A DNA stretch of 64,000 nucleotides from an uncultured Planctomycetota bacterium (lineage in GTDB: Bacteria; Planctomycetota; Planctomycetia; Isosphaerales; Isosphaeraceae), in the NCBI GenBank assembly GCA_963823665.1, contig CAWGMQ010000010.1, positions 512,001 through 576,000 on the forward strand, in the 5' to 3' direction. Positions 12,255-23,031 of the stretch are shown in pieces. The first letter of the stretch is position 1, and every line of letters begins with the position of its first letter. The position numbers were made by a program, and so were the translations under genes. Under the pieces are notes generated by a model. It had not been told where the DNA came from and made no database searches. It worked only from the letters and a program-made list of their open reading frames with translations.

Positions 12255-13283
12255 TCAAGCCACCGCGCGCTCTTCGGCCTTCTCGGGCACCGAGTCCAGC
12301 ACCTTGAGCAAGACCTCGTCGGGGTCAATACCCTCCGCCTGCGCTTCGAAGTTGAGCAGCACCCGGTGCCGCAGGCTCGCCAGATAAACACGCCGCAGGT
12401 CCTCGAAGCTCACGTTGAACCGCGCGTCCAGGAGCGACCGCACCTTGGCCGCCAGCACCAGGGTCTGTGCCCCTCGCGGACTGCTCCCCCACCGGATGTA
12501 CTTGTTCGTGACGTCGGGCGCAAAAGGCCCGCGTGGGTGCGTCGCCAGCGCCAGCCGGATCGCATAGTCCTGCACGTGAGGCGCCACGATCACTTCCCGC
12601 ACCAGTGATTGCAGCGTGATGAGCGTCGGCCCGTCCAGCACCTTCTCGGCCCGCGGCTTCTCCCCGCGCGTCGTGCGGTCGATGATCGTCGAAAGCTCCT
12701 CCCGCGTCGAATAGCCCACCACCAGCTTGAGCAAGAACCGGTCGAGCTGCGCCTCGGGCAGCGGATAGGTCCCCTCTTGCTCGATCGGATTCTGCGTCGC
12801 CATCACAAAGAACGGCTCCTTGAGCCGGTGGATCTTGCCCCCCACCGTCACCGAGTGCTCCTGCATGGCCTCGAGCATCGCCGACTGCGTCTTCGGCGTG
12901 GCGCGATTGATTTCATCCGCCAGCACGATCTGCGAGAAAATAGGCCCGGCCTGAAACTCGAAAACACGGCGCCCGTCAGGCAGCTCCATCACGATGTTCG
13001 TGCCGATGATGTCCGCCGGCATGAGATCCGGCGTGAACTGGATGCGGTTGAAATCCAGGTCCACCGCCTCGGCCAGCGTCCGCACCAGCAGCGTCTTGCC
13101 CAGTCCGGGCACGCCTTCCAGGAGCGCATGACCGCCGATGAACAGGCAGGTAAGCACACCGTGGACGATCTCGTCGTGGCCGACGATCACCTTGCCGATC
13201 TCACCCTTGACGCGATCATACGCCGTGCGAAAACCCTCAGCGCGGGCTTCGATCGATTCCTCGGGAAACGTGCTCATGCTCAT
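12255..13283 (-). CDS. moxR: MoxR family AAA+ ATPase
   Basis: GVPGLGKT, RIQFTPDLMPAD, DEINRA and ATQNPIEQEGTYPLPEAQLDRF motifs. Confidence 0.95.
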   Translation of the reverse strand: MSMSTFPEESIEARAEGFRTAYDRVKGEIGKVIVGHDEIVHGVLTCLFIGGHALLEGVPGLGKTLLVRTLAEAVDLDFNRIQFTPDLMPADIIGTNIVMELPDGRRVFEFQAGPIFSQIVLADEINRATPKTQSAMLEAMQEHSVTVGGKIHRLKEPFFVMATQNPIEQEGTYPLPEAQLDRFLLKLVVGYSTREELSTIIDRTTRGEKPRAEKVLDGPTLITLQSLVREVIVAPHVQDYAIRLALATHPRGPFAPDVTNKYIRWGSSPRGAQTLVLAAKVRSLLDARFNVSFEDLRRVYLASLRHRVLLNFEAQAEGIDPDEVLLKVLDSVPEKAEERAVA

Positions 13284-16200
13284 TGGGGACTGTCCTTTCG
13301 TTGAGGTGATTCCGCGTCTTTCTCTTTCTCTCGTTCTTCCCAGACACGTTGTTTGGCCTTGAGCAGCCGGTTGGTGTAGCTCTCCTTCTGCGGCGCTGCC
13401 GGGCCCACACCCATCCCGGGGCGTTCCACGGGCGCCTGCGCAGCCACCATCGGGCTCGCCCCTTCCGCCCCTTCCAGGATCGGCTCGCCAATCGGGCCTT
13501 TCGGAGAGTCGGCCGGCACAATCTGCGGAGACGGCTCGAGCCTTGGTGCGTTCCTGGAGCGATCGAGCTGCTCGTCCACCTCCGCCTTGCGGCTGCGCAG
13601 CTTGTCCATGTAATCGCTCGTTGTCGCAACCTCCCGCCCGGTCATCTTCTGCCATTCCTTGGCCATCGCCGTCATGATCGCGCCCCAGTCGATCGCGATC
13701 CTGCGCACGGCCACGTCTCCCAGGAACAAGCACGCGGCCATCCACAACAGCGTCGGCCAGAGCGGCGCGAACGAGCGGGGGTTGATCAGCCCGGCGTCAC
13801 GGCGGAAGTGGTCGTTGTCCTGCACGGTGCGCACCAGGTCGACTCGCCCGTCCGGCGTCTGCTTCCAGCTCCCCACCTTGCCTTCGGTCACCGAAGCCAG
13901 CGTCTCGAGCGTCGTCGGGTTCGACCGCAGCTCCCGGTACTCGTCGGAATAAGGCACCGACACCCCGGATGAGATCACCCCCTGCACGTTGTCCGGGCCG
14001 CGGTAGCCCAGGCTGATGAAGTAGTTCCCGCTCGCCTCGGCGTTATCCATCGTGCCCTCGTACCGCCCCGGCGCGGTCTGCACCAGCTCGATCGGTCCGG
14101 ATTTCAAGTTGGGATCAACCGTGTTCCCTCGGATCTGCAGGAAATTGAGGAATTCGTTGTTCTTGTCGAGCGCATCGACCACCACCTTGATCCGGCCTTG
14201 GTCCCGGCGCACGTTGAGCGTCAAGTTGCCGCGGTCGGCCGGCCGCATCGACCACCGGATCACCTGCGACCAGAAAGCCGTGTACGTCTTCCAGTCCGGC
14301 CAGGTCTTGGCCCAGCGGCCGCCGGCGTCCGACGTGAAAGCCACCGATCGCCCCAGTCCGTACGACCAGTGCGCCAGCACCGGGTTCAACTGCCCGGTCG
14401 GCAGCGGTGAGACAATCGGGATCTCGACCAGCTCGTTCTCCTTGGCCGACGTCAGCACCAGCCCGTTGATCGGCGGGAACTCTTCGCCCAGACCCATTAT
14501 CGGCTCGGTGATCGGGTAGTTCACCTTGGGCAGCCACGGCGTCGCTTGCTCGAAGATCAGCGGCCGCGAGATCGACCGTGCTTCCTTCTGATAGATCCTC
14601 GGCAGCGCCTTGGGGTTCGTCACCACGTAGAACCGGCCCTTCGTCTTGTTGGCCAGGTTCCGCATCACCTGGGTCGCGCCCGGATCATTCCCGTGGGCCG
14701 CCGTCAGCACCGCCGTCACTGTGATCTTGCTCGCCGCAAGCTGATTGATCACCCGCGTCGAAGGCGGCGTGGGGTCGCCATCGCTGATCACGACGATGTG
14801 TTTGCTCATCGCATCCTGCACCCCGTTGAGTCCCTTCATGGCCATCTGCAGCGAGGGGTCGAAATCGGGCATGTCCCCCGGCGTCATCCGGTCAATCGCC
14901 CGCAGCATGCTGGCGCGTCCCGTGCCGACTGGCCGCAGCGTGAACAGCCACGCTTCCTGGTTCTCCCAGTGCAACAGCCCCGCATAGTCGTAGCTCGAAA
15001 GCGCGCCGATCGCCGCCTTGGCAACCACCGCCTGCCAGTAGTTCCCTTCCGGAATCTCGCTCGCGTGCATGATCAGCGCCATCGCCCCGATGCCCTGCAC
15101 CTTGATCGCCTTGATCTGCATGTCCACCGGCAACGCCTTCTCCACCGGCGTGTTCATCCAGCCCCCCGCGCCGAAGCTGTCCGGCCCGCCGATCATCACC
15201 AGGCCGGCCCCCATGTCGTGGCAGTTCGCCGCCAGCAGCGCGTGCTGGCTCTCCGTGAACGCTTCCTTGGGAACATTCGCCAGGATCACGCTGTCATAAG
15301 GTTGAAGCTGCGCCAGGTCCGCCGGCAGCGGATCGCCGCCGACTCCCCCCGAGCCGTCGATCTTGGGCGCGCACAGCACTTTGACTTCGATCTCTTTCTC
15401 ACGCAGTGCTTTCACGAGCGTCTCATGCTCGTTGCGACTTCCCTCGATCAAGAGCACTTGCGCCTTCCCCCGCGCGTGCGTGAACCCCTCGGCGATGTTG
15501 TTGATCGCCCGCTTGTCGCCGCTGCCGGCGTCCGGTATGAACTCGGCCGAGAACGTATAAAAGTTCGGTTCCGTGATGAGCTGTCTCAGCGTGAACACCT
15601 TGACCCCGCGCTCGAGTTCGATGTGCTCCGGCTGCTCGTGGCCGGCCGCCGGCGCGCGACGGTCGTCCGATTTCTGGTAGATCTGCAGCGTGCCCGATGT
15701 CGGCTCCGCGGCGCGGATGACGACGTTGATATTCACCGTCTCGCCCTTCTTCACGTCGGGCGGGATCGACACCTTCTCGACCAGCACTTCGCTGTCATAG
15801 GAGTACTCGAGGGGCAGCACGTCGACCTCGACCCCCAGCGTCTTGGCGGTGAGTCCCTGCTCGAACAGGTTCCCGCGGTTCTCATTTCCGTCGGAGAGGA
15901 CGACGATTCGCCGCGCCGTGTCCTCCGGAAAGCTCGCCAGTGCCAGCTTCACCGCGGCGCCCAAGTCGGTGTTCTCGTGATCCACCGTGCTCTCATAACC
16001 GATCAGCGAAAGCTCCGACGGCGCCGGTGGCACTTCAACCCTCGGCTCCTTGCCGAAGACGACCAGCCCGGTGAGGTCGTCCTTCCACCGCTTCTTCGAA
16101 GCCTCGGTGATGTAGTTGAGCGCCAGCTTCTGCTGGTCCGCGGGCACGCTGTTCGAGACGTCGAGCAGGAAGATCGTGGCCAGCCGGTCCGACTTCCACA

Positions 16201-16402
16201 CCGTCTGTAGCTCGGCAAGCGCGAGAATCACCAGCGTGATCACCGCGGCGCGGAACGTGATCGCCAGCCCCCGCCGCACCGGGCCCAGCCCCGCCAGGCT
16301 GCGATAGCTCCACCAGACCAGGGGGGGCAACACGAGCGGGATCAGGATCAGGAACCACGGGTTGCCGGTCGAGAACGACCAGTTGCCCTGTAACATCGTC
16401 AT
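13280..16402 (-). CDS. Large membrane VWA protein with glutamine-amidotransferase-like domain
   Basis: DVSNSV and LSDGNEN VWA motifs; LVMIGGPDSFGAGGW; second VWA (ISDGDP); terminal TM helices. Confidence 0.85.
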   Translation of the reverse strand: MTMLQGNWSFSTGNPWFLILIPLVLPPLVWWSYRSLAGLGPVRRGLAITFRAAVITLVILALAELQTVWKSDRLATIFLLDVSNSVPADQQKLALNYITEASKKRWKDDLTGLVVFGKEPRVEVPPAPSELSLIGYESTVDHENTDLGAAVKLALASFPEDTARRIVVLSDGNENRGNLFEQGLTAKTLGVEVDVLPLEYSYDSEVLVEKVSIPPDVKKGETVNINVVIRAAEPTSGTLQIYQKSDDRRAPAAGHEQPEHIELERGVKVFTLRQLITEPNFYTFSAEFIPDAGSGDKRAINNIAEGFTHARGKAQVLLIEGSRNEHETLVKALREKEIEVKVLCAPKIDGSGGVGGDPLPADLAQLQPYDSVILANVPKEAFTESQHALLAANCHDMGAGLVMIGGPDSFGAGGWMNTPVEKALPVDMQIKAIKVQGIGAMALIMHASEIPEGNYWQAVVAKAAIGALSSYDYAGLLHWENQEAWLFTLRPVGTGRASMLRAIDRMTPGDMPDFDPSLQMAMKGLNGVQDAMSKHIVVISDGDPTPPSTRVINQLAASKITVTAVLTAAHGNDPGATQVMRNLANKTKGRFYVVTNPKALPRIYQKEARSISRPLIFEQATPWLPKVNYPITEPIMGLGEEFPPINGLVLTSAKENELVEIPIVSPLPTGQLNPVLAHWSYGLGRSVAFTSDAGGRWAKTWPDWKTYTAFWSQVIRWSMRPADRGNLTLNVRRDQGRIKVVVDALDKNNEFLNFLQIRGNTVDPNLKSGPIELVQTAPGRYEGTMDNAEASGNYFISLGYRGPDNVQGVISSGVSVPYSDEYRELRSNPTTLETLASVTEGKVGSWKQTPDGRVDLVRTVQDNDHFRRDAGLINPRSFAPLWPTLLWMAACLFLGDVAVRRIAIDWGAIMTAMAKEWQKMTGREVATTSDYMDKLRSRKAEVDEQLDRSRNAPRLEPSPQIVPADSPKGPIGEPILEGAEGASPMVAAQAPVERPGMGVGPAAPQKESYTNRLLKAKQRVWEEREKEKDAESPQRKDSPQ

Positions 16403-16565
16403 ATCACTCCGTGGCGATCTCGTCATCGACCATCAAACGGGGGTCGAAACGATCGGCCCCGGTTGCTACCTCGAGCGCTGCACGCCTCTCACATCATTTC
16501 ATTGTCGCCTTTCGCTCCGCGAAAGGAGCGTCCCCCCGTCACGAGCCTCTCTCAAAAGGCAGCCC

Positions 16566-17499
16566 TCACATCCGAAATCGTTGAACGCGATGATTGTTGG
16601 AATCGACGACCGACACATTTCCCTGGCTGTCAACCGCGAGAGCGTAGGGATTGAAGAGCTGCCCGGGCCCTCTCCCGGCGCTCCCCCACGTTCCCAGCGA
16701 TTTGCCCTCCAGGTCAAACTTCTGCACCCGGTGATTGCCGTACTCGCACACATATAGACAGTGGTCCGGGCCGATCGCCAGGTCGAAAGGATAACTCATC
16801 TGCCCCGGCGCGTCCCCGCGACCCCCATGAATTGAGCAGTTTTCCATTGGTGTCGAACACCTGGATCCGGTGATTGCAGCTATCGGCAACGAACAGCCGG
16901 TCCCGTTCGTCGATCGCCAGCGCCCGCGGCTTCAAGAACTCACCGGGCTCATACCCGTGGCCTCCCCACTGCCTCAGCCACTTCCCCTCCGGCGAGAAAA
17001 CCTGGATTCGATCGTTCTCACCGTATTCAGCGACCAGGAAATTCCCCGCGCTGTCAATGACGACGTCGGTCGGATACCCGAATCGCCCCGGAGTCGTTCC
17101 CTGCACGCCGTCGCCGATCTCGAAGAGGATCTTTCCCTCCGGCGAATAGATCAGCACACGATAGAAATGCGTGTCGGCCACCAGCAGCCGTCCCAGCCGA
17201 TCGACCGTCAGCCCACTCGGCCCGTCCACGTTGAATTCCGGAGTCGACCACCCGCGAATGTACTTCCCGTCCCGGTCAAACACCTGGATGCGGTCCGTCA
17301 GGTCCGCCAGATAAAGATGGTCCTTCGAATCAAACGCCGCCGTCCGCGGTTTGTGCAGCCGCCCGGGCTTGATGCCGTGAACCCCCCAGACCAGCTCCGG
17401 CGCCGACCCGCCCGGCAGATCGCATCCTGCCACGACGAAGAGCAAAACCACCAGCCCGGCAAGCTTCAGGGAGACTCTGGCACGCTCTCGCTTCCGCAT
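16566..17499 (-). CDS. NHL repeat protein, frameshift near 16810
   Basis: Repeated FGYPTDVVID, ADSCNHRIQVF and DSNNHRVQ NHL units; N-terminal signal with possible lipobox (VAGC). Confidence 0.85.
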
Positions 17500-17646
17500 G
17501 GGCGTTCAACCTGTTGACGTGACGTGGTGCGTATCCGCGACTTTGGAGCGGCAAACCCTTCAGGTAGAATCTACTGGCTCGGGTGCCTCGGACGCAAGTC
17601 CTAGGCTGTTCGTTTTCGGTGTCCGCGGTCGTGAGGATGCATTGCA

Positions 17647-17952
17647 ATGCCGGAGTGGAAGGCTGTCTGCCGTCTCGAGCAAGTCGCCGAAGGGCGGGGC
17701 TGTTCCCTCGACGCAGGCGGCGTGAGGCTGGCTGTGTTCCGTCAGGGAGACGAGTTGATTGCTCTCTCCGGCCGCTGTCCCCACTCCGGCGGCTCGCTCG
17801 GCCACGGCTGGATCGAGTCCGGCGAAGTCGTCTGCCCCTTGCACCACTGGCGGTTTCGCTTGACCGACGGCCGCTGCACGACAATCCGCGGCGAGTCCGT
17901 GCACAAGTTCCGCTGCGAGGCCCGCGACGACATGGTGTGGGTCGAGGTCTGA
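17647..17952 (+). CDS. Rieske [2Fe-2S] ferredoxin (NirD-like)
   Basis: CPH...CPLH Rieske ligands. Confidence 0.9.
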   Translation: MPEWKAVCRLEQVAEGRGCSLDAGGVRLAVFRQGDELIALSGRCPHSGGSLGHGWIESGEVVCPLHHWRFRLTDGRCTTIRGESVHKFRCEARDDMVWVEV

Positions 17953-18094
17953 GCCGTGCCGGACCGACAGCCGAGTTCAACGTGAATGAATGAAGGAGCG
18001 GAGTTTTCCCAGCGCAAATGTTGCGCCACCTCGAAATTTGCCAATACGACTTGCTTCCCATCAGTCCCGGCTCGCGGCCCTCCAAACAAACACC

Positions 18095-20377
18095 TCACGG
18101 CGACCGCGGCCCGTGTTTCCGAAGAAATGCGACCGAGTTCGGCAAGATCCGCTGAACGCTGTCGAGTTTCGCGTCCACGGAAACGCCAGGTTCATTAGGT
18201 ATCACACCGCGCCGGCGCTCAAATTCTCGCCTCGCCATGTCTCGCCGCAGCCGCCGTCTCTCCCGCTTGGAAAGCGGCTCCGCCACCCGAGGCGCCACAA
18301 CACAACGCTCTTCGCCCAAGGACGCCGGAAGCTCGTCACCGCCGACGTCCTCCTGGCAGCCTAGCTCGCCCCCTTCGTGCCGCCAGGCCGCTAAAGCTTC
18401 GATCGGCGCGTCGCCCGCAGCCTCACTTGGTTCGTCGCCCACGATTTCGTTTTGTATTTTCGTCGCGGCCTCTTGTCCTGTAAGGGTTAAGGGAACGAAT
18501 TCGCTCGGCCCAGTTTGCGCCGAATCCATCGCTCCATCCCGGATTTCCCCCCGACCGGAGGTCTCCTCCTGCCGCCCGCCGTCCCCGAGTTCAATTCCCC
18601 CCGGCTGAATTGCACCCAAATCGTCCCCGCCAACCACGCGATCACCCGTCCCACCATCGACCCCATCGTCTCTCAACCTCGACCCGTCGATCTCGTTTTG
18701 TATATTCGTCGCGGGCTCTTGTCCCGTAAGGGTTAAGGGAACGAAATCGCTCGGACGGGCCTGCCCGAAATTCGTGGCCCCATCCCCGTTTTCCGCCCCG
18801 TCCACGGCGTCCTGATTCACCGCACCGTCAGCCGACACCCCATCCGCCCGATTGGTTCCCGGCGCTCCCTGAGCGTCACCACTCCTCGAAGCCGTCTCAC
18901 ACGCCCGACCGGCAATCGCTTCTGTATGTCCCTGGCTCTGCACGTGCGCAGCCTTCGCGCCCACATCACTCGGGCTGCCACCTGCGTAGCGCGCACCACC
19001 ACCGTCAGACGCACGCCAAGACGGACTCTCACAAGGCTGCGGCCCGCGCTCCGCCTTCCAGCGAGCCAAGCCTGCATCGAGGTCGCCGTCATACCCCTGG
19101 GCATCGCGCACGGTCCCATGCTCGTCAAGCACAAACCGTTCATCGACCATAATCCCGCGTTGTGCTGCTTCTTTCAGTCGTAGTCGTTCCCGCCGGGCCT
19201 TTCCCCAGCCTTCCTCGTCCCAGCGGTGCCATCTCTTGATCGTGTCGAGGTTCCGAATCACCAGCCGGTTGGAGCTCTCAAGATGACGCTCAATCTGCCC
19301 GACGTTCTTGACCTCCGCATCGCTCACAGTATTGGTTTCGACCATCTCGAGAATCTCGTCGCCTTCCGCGGCCTCGGCTTCGAGCCTCCACAGCCGCTCA
19401 ATCGCCTGGTCGATGATCTCCAGCAGCACGGCCCGTCCAGCCGCTGCATTCGCCGGCGTGAGCGCGCGTAGCTCCGGGCGCGAGAGCTGGCCCTCATAAA
19501 ACTTGACCCGGTCATAGTGGATCTCGCACCGTAGCTCGCGGAAGGCGGACTTGAAGACCGGCCTCATGGCATGGCTCGCAAGGAACACCAAGGCGGCCTC
19601 TCGATCAAAGAGCGCGTCGAGCGGCTGCTTGCCCAGTAAACGGGCGGCCGTGAGTTTTTGACAGGAGACCCATCCCTCTCCCGAATCAATCGGCTTCCTC
19701 ACCTCGCCTAGGCGGTCCAGCAGCCAGCGTCGGCCGGCGCGCGTCGCTTCAAGCTGGATGACCAACCTGCGCGGCTTATCCGGGTCATCGGCTACCCCCG
19801 AATCGGAGGTCCGCGGCTGCTTGTGCTCATAGTCCCCCGATGGATAGAGCTGCGATGGTCCCCTGCGGTCAAAGAGCAAGCGGTCGCCCAGCCCCTCTGC
19901 CGCCAGTGTCTCCTCAGCCGCCTGCGCCCGCGATCGCCGCACGATATCGCCGGTCACGCGGTTAACTTCCAAGCGGTTAGCACGCTCGGCCCGCCAGCAA
20001 GCCATCGCTGCCAGCTTGGCCAGATCTGCCTCGGCTTGATTTCGAACCTGATGACTCGTTGTGTACGCATCAATCTTCGCCTGAAGCTCCGCCGGATCCT
20101 CCCCCGGCAGAACCGGCGTCTTCGCCGTGAGCCCATGCTTGACCGCGTTGAACCGCGACCCCTTGCCGATCGACGCCCGCTGATCATTCATTCCGACCAT
20201 CGCCGAACCCTGCTGCACGCTCATCGCCTCACCATGAACCTCTCCGTCGCGCGAGCGTCCAGTAACTCCGCCCGCAATCGACCGACTATTCAGAAACGTG
20301 AAAACTGTGCGTAATAAGGAAGCGGAGCCTATCTTATGAAGGCCGCTCCTTCGTTCATTCAGCAATATAAGGTCCAA
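18095..20377 (-). CDS. Hypothetical protein of the NAVKHGL-motif type; start uncertain
   Basis: Long ORF with SRFNAVKHGLTAK..LPGED motif and a C-terminal internal duplication. Confidence 0.65.
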   Translation of the reverse strand: MDLILLNERRSGLHKIGSASLLRTVFTFLNSRSIAGGVTGRSRDGEVHGEAMSVQQGSAMVGMNDQRASIGKGSRFNAVKHGLTAKTPVLPGEDPAELQAKIDAYTTSHQVRNQAEADLAKLAAMACWRAERANRLEVNRVTGDIVRRSRAQAAEETLAAEGLGDRLLFDRRGPSQLYPSGDYEHKQPRTSDSGVADDPDKPRRLVIQLEATRAGRRWLLDRLGEVRKPIDSGEGWVSCQKLTAARLLGKQPLDALFDREAALVFLASHAMRPVFKSAFRELRCEIHYDRVKFYEGQLSRPELRALTPANAAAGRAVLLEIIDQAIERLWRLEAEAAEGDEILEMVETNTVSDAEVKNVGQIERHLESSNRLVIRNLDTIKRWHRWDEEGWGKARRERLRLKEAAQRGIMVDERFVLDEHGTVRDAQGYDGDLDAGLARWKAERGPQPCESPSWRASDGGGARYAGGSPSDVGAKAAHVQSQGHTEAIAGRACETASRSGDAQGAPGTNRADGVSADGAVNQDAVDGAENGDGATNFGQARPSDFVPLTLTGQEPATNIQNEIDGSRLRDDGVDGGTGDRVVGGDDLGAIQPGGIELGDGGRQEETSGRGEIRDGAMDSAQTGPSEFVPLTLTGQEAATKIQNEIVGDEPSEAAGDAPIEALAAWRHEGGELGCQEDVGGDELPASLGEERCVVAPRVAEPLSKRERRRLRRDMARREFERRRGVIPNEPGVSVDAKLDSVQRILPNSVAFLRKHGPRSP

Positions 20378-20644
20378 ATCGCCGCTTTCAAAAACTCCCC
20401 TCAGAATCTCGCCCTTGCGTAACCGCCAAAACCGGCACAGCCCGACACGAAACCCGGTCGCGAGTCAAACGGCGCGCCCCGAGCGCGCAAGACGAACGGT
20501 CGCCACACGTCACGCCCGCGCCAACCCATAAGGCCGGCACTCCCGCGCGCCTGCCCGACTTTCCTACTCATTGCAACCGCCTCGCCACAACCCCCGGTCG
20601 GCTGCACGCACCTCACAGACGACTCATCCCGCGAGTCCCTGGCG

Positions 20645-20980
20645 TTGGCGCTCGTCCGTGACTATGGCCAACCGAACGAGGTCGCAGCCCGCTTTCAGCC
20701 GCGTTCGGCAATCATCGACCCCGCCGACTCCCCGAGTTTCCTGAGAGCCGCGATCATGGGCGCGGGCGTGCTTCTCGTGCTCGGCGCAATGAGCATGCGG
20801 CGACCTTCCCCACCCGGCACCGCCGGCAACCTGGTCCAGCTCGGCATACTCTTCTGGCTCGGCGCCCTGGTCGCCCTGATCTACCTGCCAAGCGTCGGCA
20901 TCCAACTCTACAGCGAGCTCGGCCGCCTCTACCGCGCCGCCGCGACACCGGATTTCGGGTCCATGACAACGAGCAAGTAG
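20645..20980 (+). pseudogene. Probable fragment of a membrane protein
   Basis: No clear start; YGQPNEVAARF followed by TM helices, ends abruptly. Confidence 0.35.
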
Positions 20981-21477
20981 AGCGCCCAGGCCGGCGGCAC
21001 GCCAGGAAGTGCACAAATGCGATTGCGGCGAGTGGCTCGCTCAGCCCGCGGTCCGGTGTAGCAGGCACACTCCGTGTGCCGTCCGCCAGTCCCCGCGATG
21101 ATACGAACTGTATCCGGTAGTCGAGAAGGGAGTTGAGAACAACCTGCCGGCAGGTTACTCTTGCCGCGGAATGCCGGTAAGTCGCGGGTGCCCGGCATCC
21201 GAACTCGAGGCTCCGATGCCGCAACCTTTTGTTCCAGCTATCAACTTCCACGCACTGAACCTGCGGGACCTTCTGGACGCTCGCGAGGCGTACCACGTCC
21301 ACCTGTCCCACCTGGACAACGTGCTTGCCACCGCTGTCGGGCTGTACCGCATCCGGACGAGCGAGACCCAGGCGAGTGGCACGGACGCCGCGGCCAAGCT
21401 CAAGCCCAGTTGGAGCCCAGGCGCCACCTGCCGAGCTGATGCGGGTCCATCGGCCGTGGCATCGGTTTCAGTCCGTA

Positions 21478-21590
21478 CCCGGTCAACCACGGCTGAAACC
21501 AACAGCCGCAGCACCGCGCTCTGCTTCCCCTTCGTTACCATCGTTTGCTCATGTTCAAGATTCTTATCTGCATGATCAAGCCATCTGTTC
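21478..21590. repeat. Dispersed intergenic repeat family A, copy 1
   Basis: GGTCAAC..ACCAACAGCC..GCGCTCTGCTTCCCCTTCGTTACC..GTTTGCT.ATGTTCAA shared with 33580 and 40605. Confidence 0.85.
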
Positions 21591-21732
21591 CCCTGGTTTC
21601 CTGGACGGATCCAACCGCCACACCGGTGCAATACTCAACTTAATCGTTTAGGATTGCGGTACCTCCAGGTATCACCGGAGCGAACTGAGTTTCTTTTCGA
21701 GTACCATCCCAGGCGTCGAGGAGAGCTGAGCG

Positions 21733-22941
21733 ATGAACGAACCGCATCCCAATTCCATGGATCGCCGGGTGTTCCTCCAGGCGGGCATGGCGGCGACGGC
21801 CGCGACCACCGGGCTGGTCGCCGGCAACGCGGCCGCACAGGAACCCCGATCGGGAAAACAAACGCCGATCCTGCCGAAGCGGAAACTGGGTAACACGGGC
21901 GTCGAGGTGACTCTGCTCAACCACGGCACCGTCGGCGAACCCGCTGGGCTGAGTCGCTTGCTCCGCACCTCCTACCTCGAGGGTGTCCGCTACTATGACA
22001 CCGCCGAAGGATACAAGAACTCGGAGAAGGTCATCGGCGACTGGTTGACCGCCGTGCCGGAGGTCCGCAAAACGATCTTCCTGGCGACCAAGAGCCATGT
22101 CGGTACCCCATCTGACATGCTGAAGAAGCTGGATCAGCGGCTGGCGGCGCTCAAGACCGACTTTATCGACCTCCTCTTCTTCCACGGCCTCAAGTCCTCC
22201 GAGACCGGCTGGCCCAAGAGCAAGGAGCTGAAGGACGCAGCAGAGGCCCTCAAGAAGACCGGTAAGGTCAAGTTCGTCGGCTTCTCGACCCACGACCCGA
22301 TGATCGCTCAGCAAATCCAGAACGCCGCAGAGGGCGGGTTCATCGACGTGATCATGCTCAAGTTTACGCCGTGGCTCGACAAGAACGCTCCGCTCAACAG
22401 GGCGCTCGACGCCTGCCATGCCAAGAATATCGGCCTGGTTTCGATGAAACAGCTCGCCGGCCAGACGCAATTCACGGCCGACCATGTCCCTTCGATCAAG
22501 GCCAAAGGCTTGACCCCCGCGCAGGGTTTGCTCCAGGCAATCTGGACCGACGAGCGATTCAGCGCCTCATGCGTGACTCTCCGGAACACCGAGCAGATCC
22601 ACGAGAACGCTGACGCCGTCCGGCGCTTCGAGCCGCTCCAGGCGGCGGAGCTCGACGAGCTTCGTGATGCGGTCCTGGCGTCCAACCCGACAATGTGTCC
22701 CGGCTGTGACGGCCGCTGCTCGCTCGCCGCCGGTACCAAGGCCCGGCTCGGCGACCTCGCCCGTGTCTTTACCTACTACGATTCCCACGGAATGCCAGGC
22801 CTGGCCCGCGAGTCATACGCCGAGCTGGCCGAGGAAGAGCGCGACTGGAAGGACGCCGATCTCATCGCCGCCCGCGAGGCGTGTCATCACAAGATCGACT
22901 TCTCGGCGCTTCTGCCGAAGGTCGACCGTCTGTTCAGTTGA
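21733..22941 (+). CDS. Tat-exported aldo/keto reductase with C-terminal Cys cluster
   Basis: DRRVFLQ twin-arginine signal; YYDTAEGY, FLATK, GFSTH and CPGCDGRC motifs. Confidence 0.9.
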   Translation: MNEPHPNSMDRRVFLQAGMAATAATTGLVAGNAAAQEPRSGKQTPILPKRKLGNTGVEVTLLNHGTVGEPAGLSRLLRTSYLEGVRYYDTAEGYKNSEKVIGDWLTAVPEVRKTIFLATKSHVGTPSDMLKKLDQRLAALKTDFIDLLFFHGLKSSETGWPKSKELKDAAEALKKTGKVKFVGFSTHDPMIAQQIQNAAEGGFIDVIMLKFTPWLDKNAPLNRALDACHAKNIGLVSMKQLAGQTQFTADHVPSIKAKGLTPAQGLLQAIWTDERFSASCVTLRNTEQIHENADAVRRFEPLQAAELDELRDAVLASNPTMCPGCDGRCSLAAGTKARLGDLARVFTYYDSHGMPGLARESYAELAEEERDWKDADLIAAREACHHKIDFSALLPKVDRLFS

Positions 22942-23031
22942 CTTCAACCGGCTGCCTGACGGTTGCGTCGACACCTTGAGTTGCCTGCTGGACGGTTCCT
23001 GTCCACACCGCGGAGGCGGAGACCGAGTCCC

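Noticed and set aside
21155..21631. Repeat family A as a protein-coding motif (VTKGKQSA)
   Set aside because: Frame not preserved among copies (indels, stops) and no start signals
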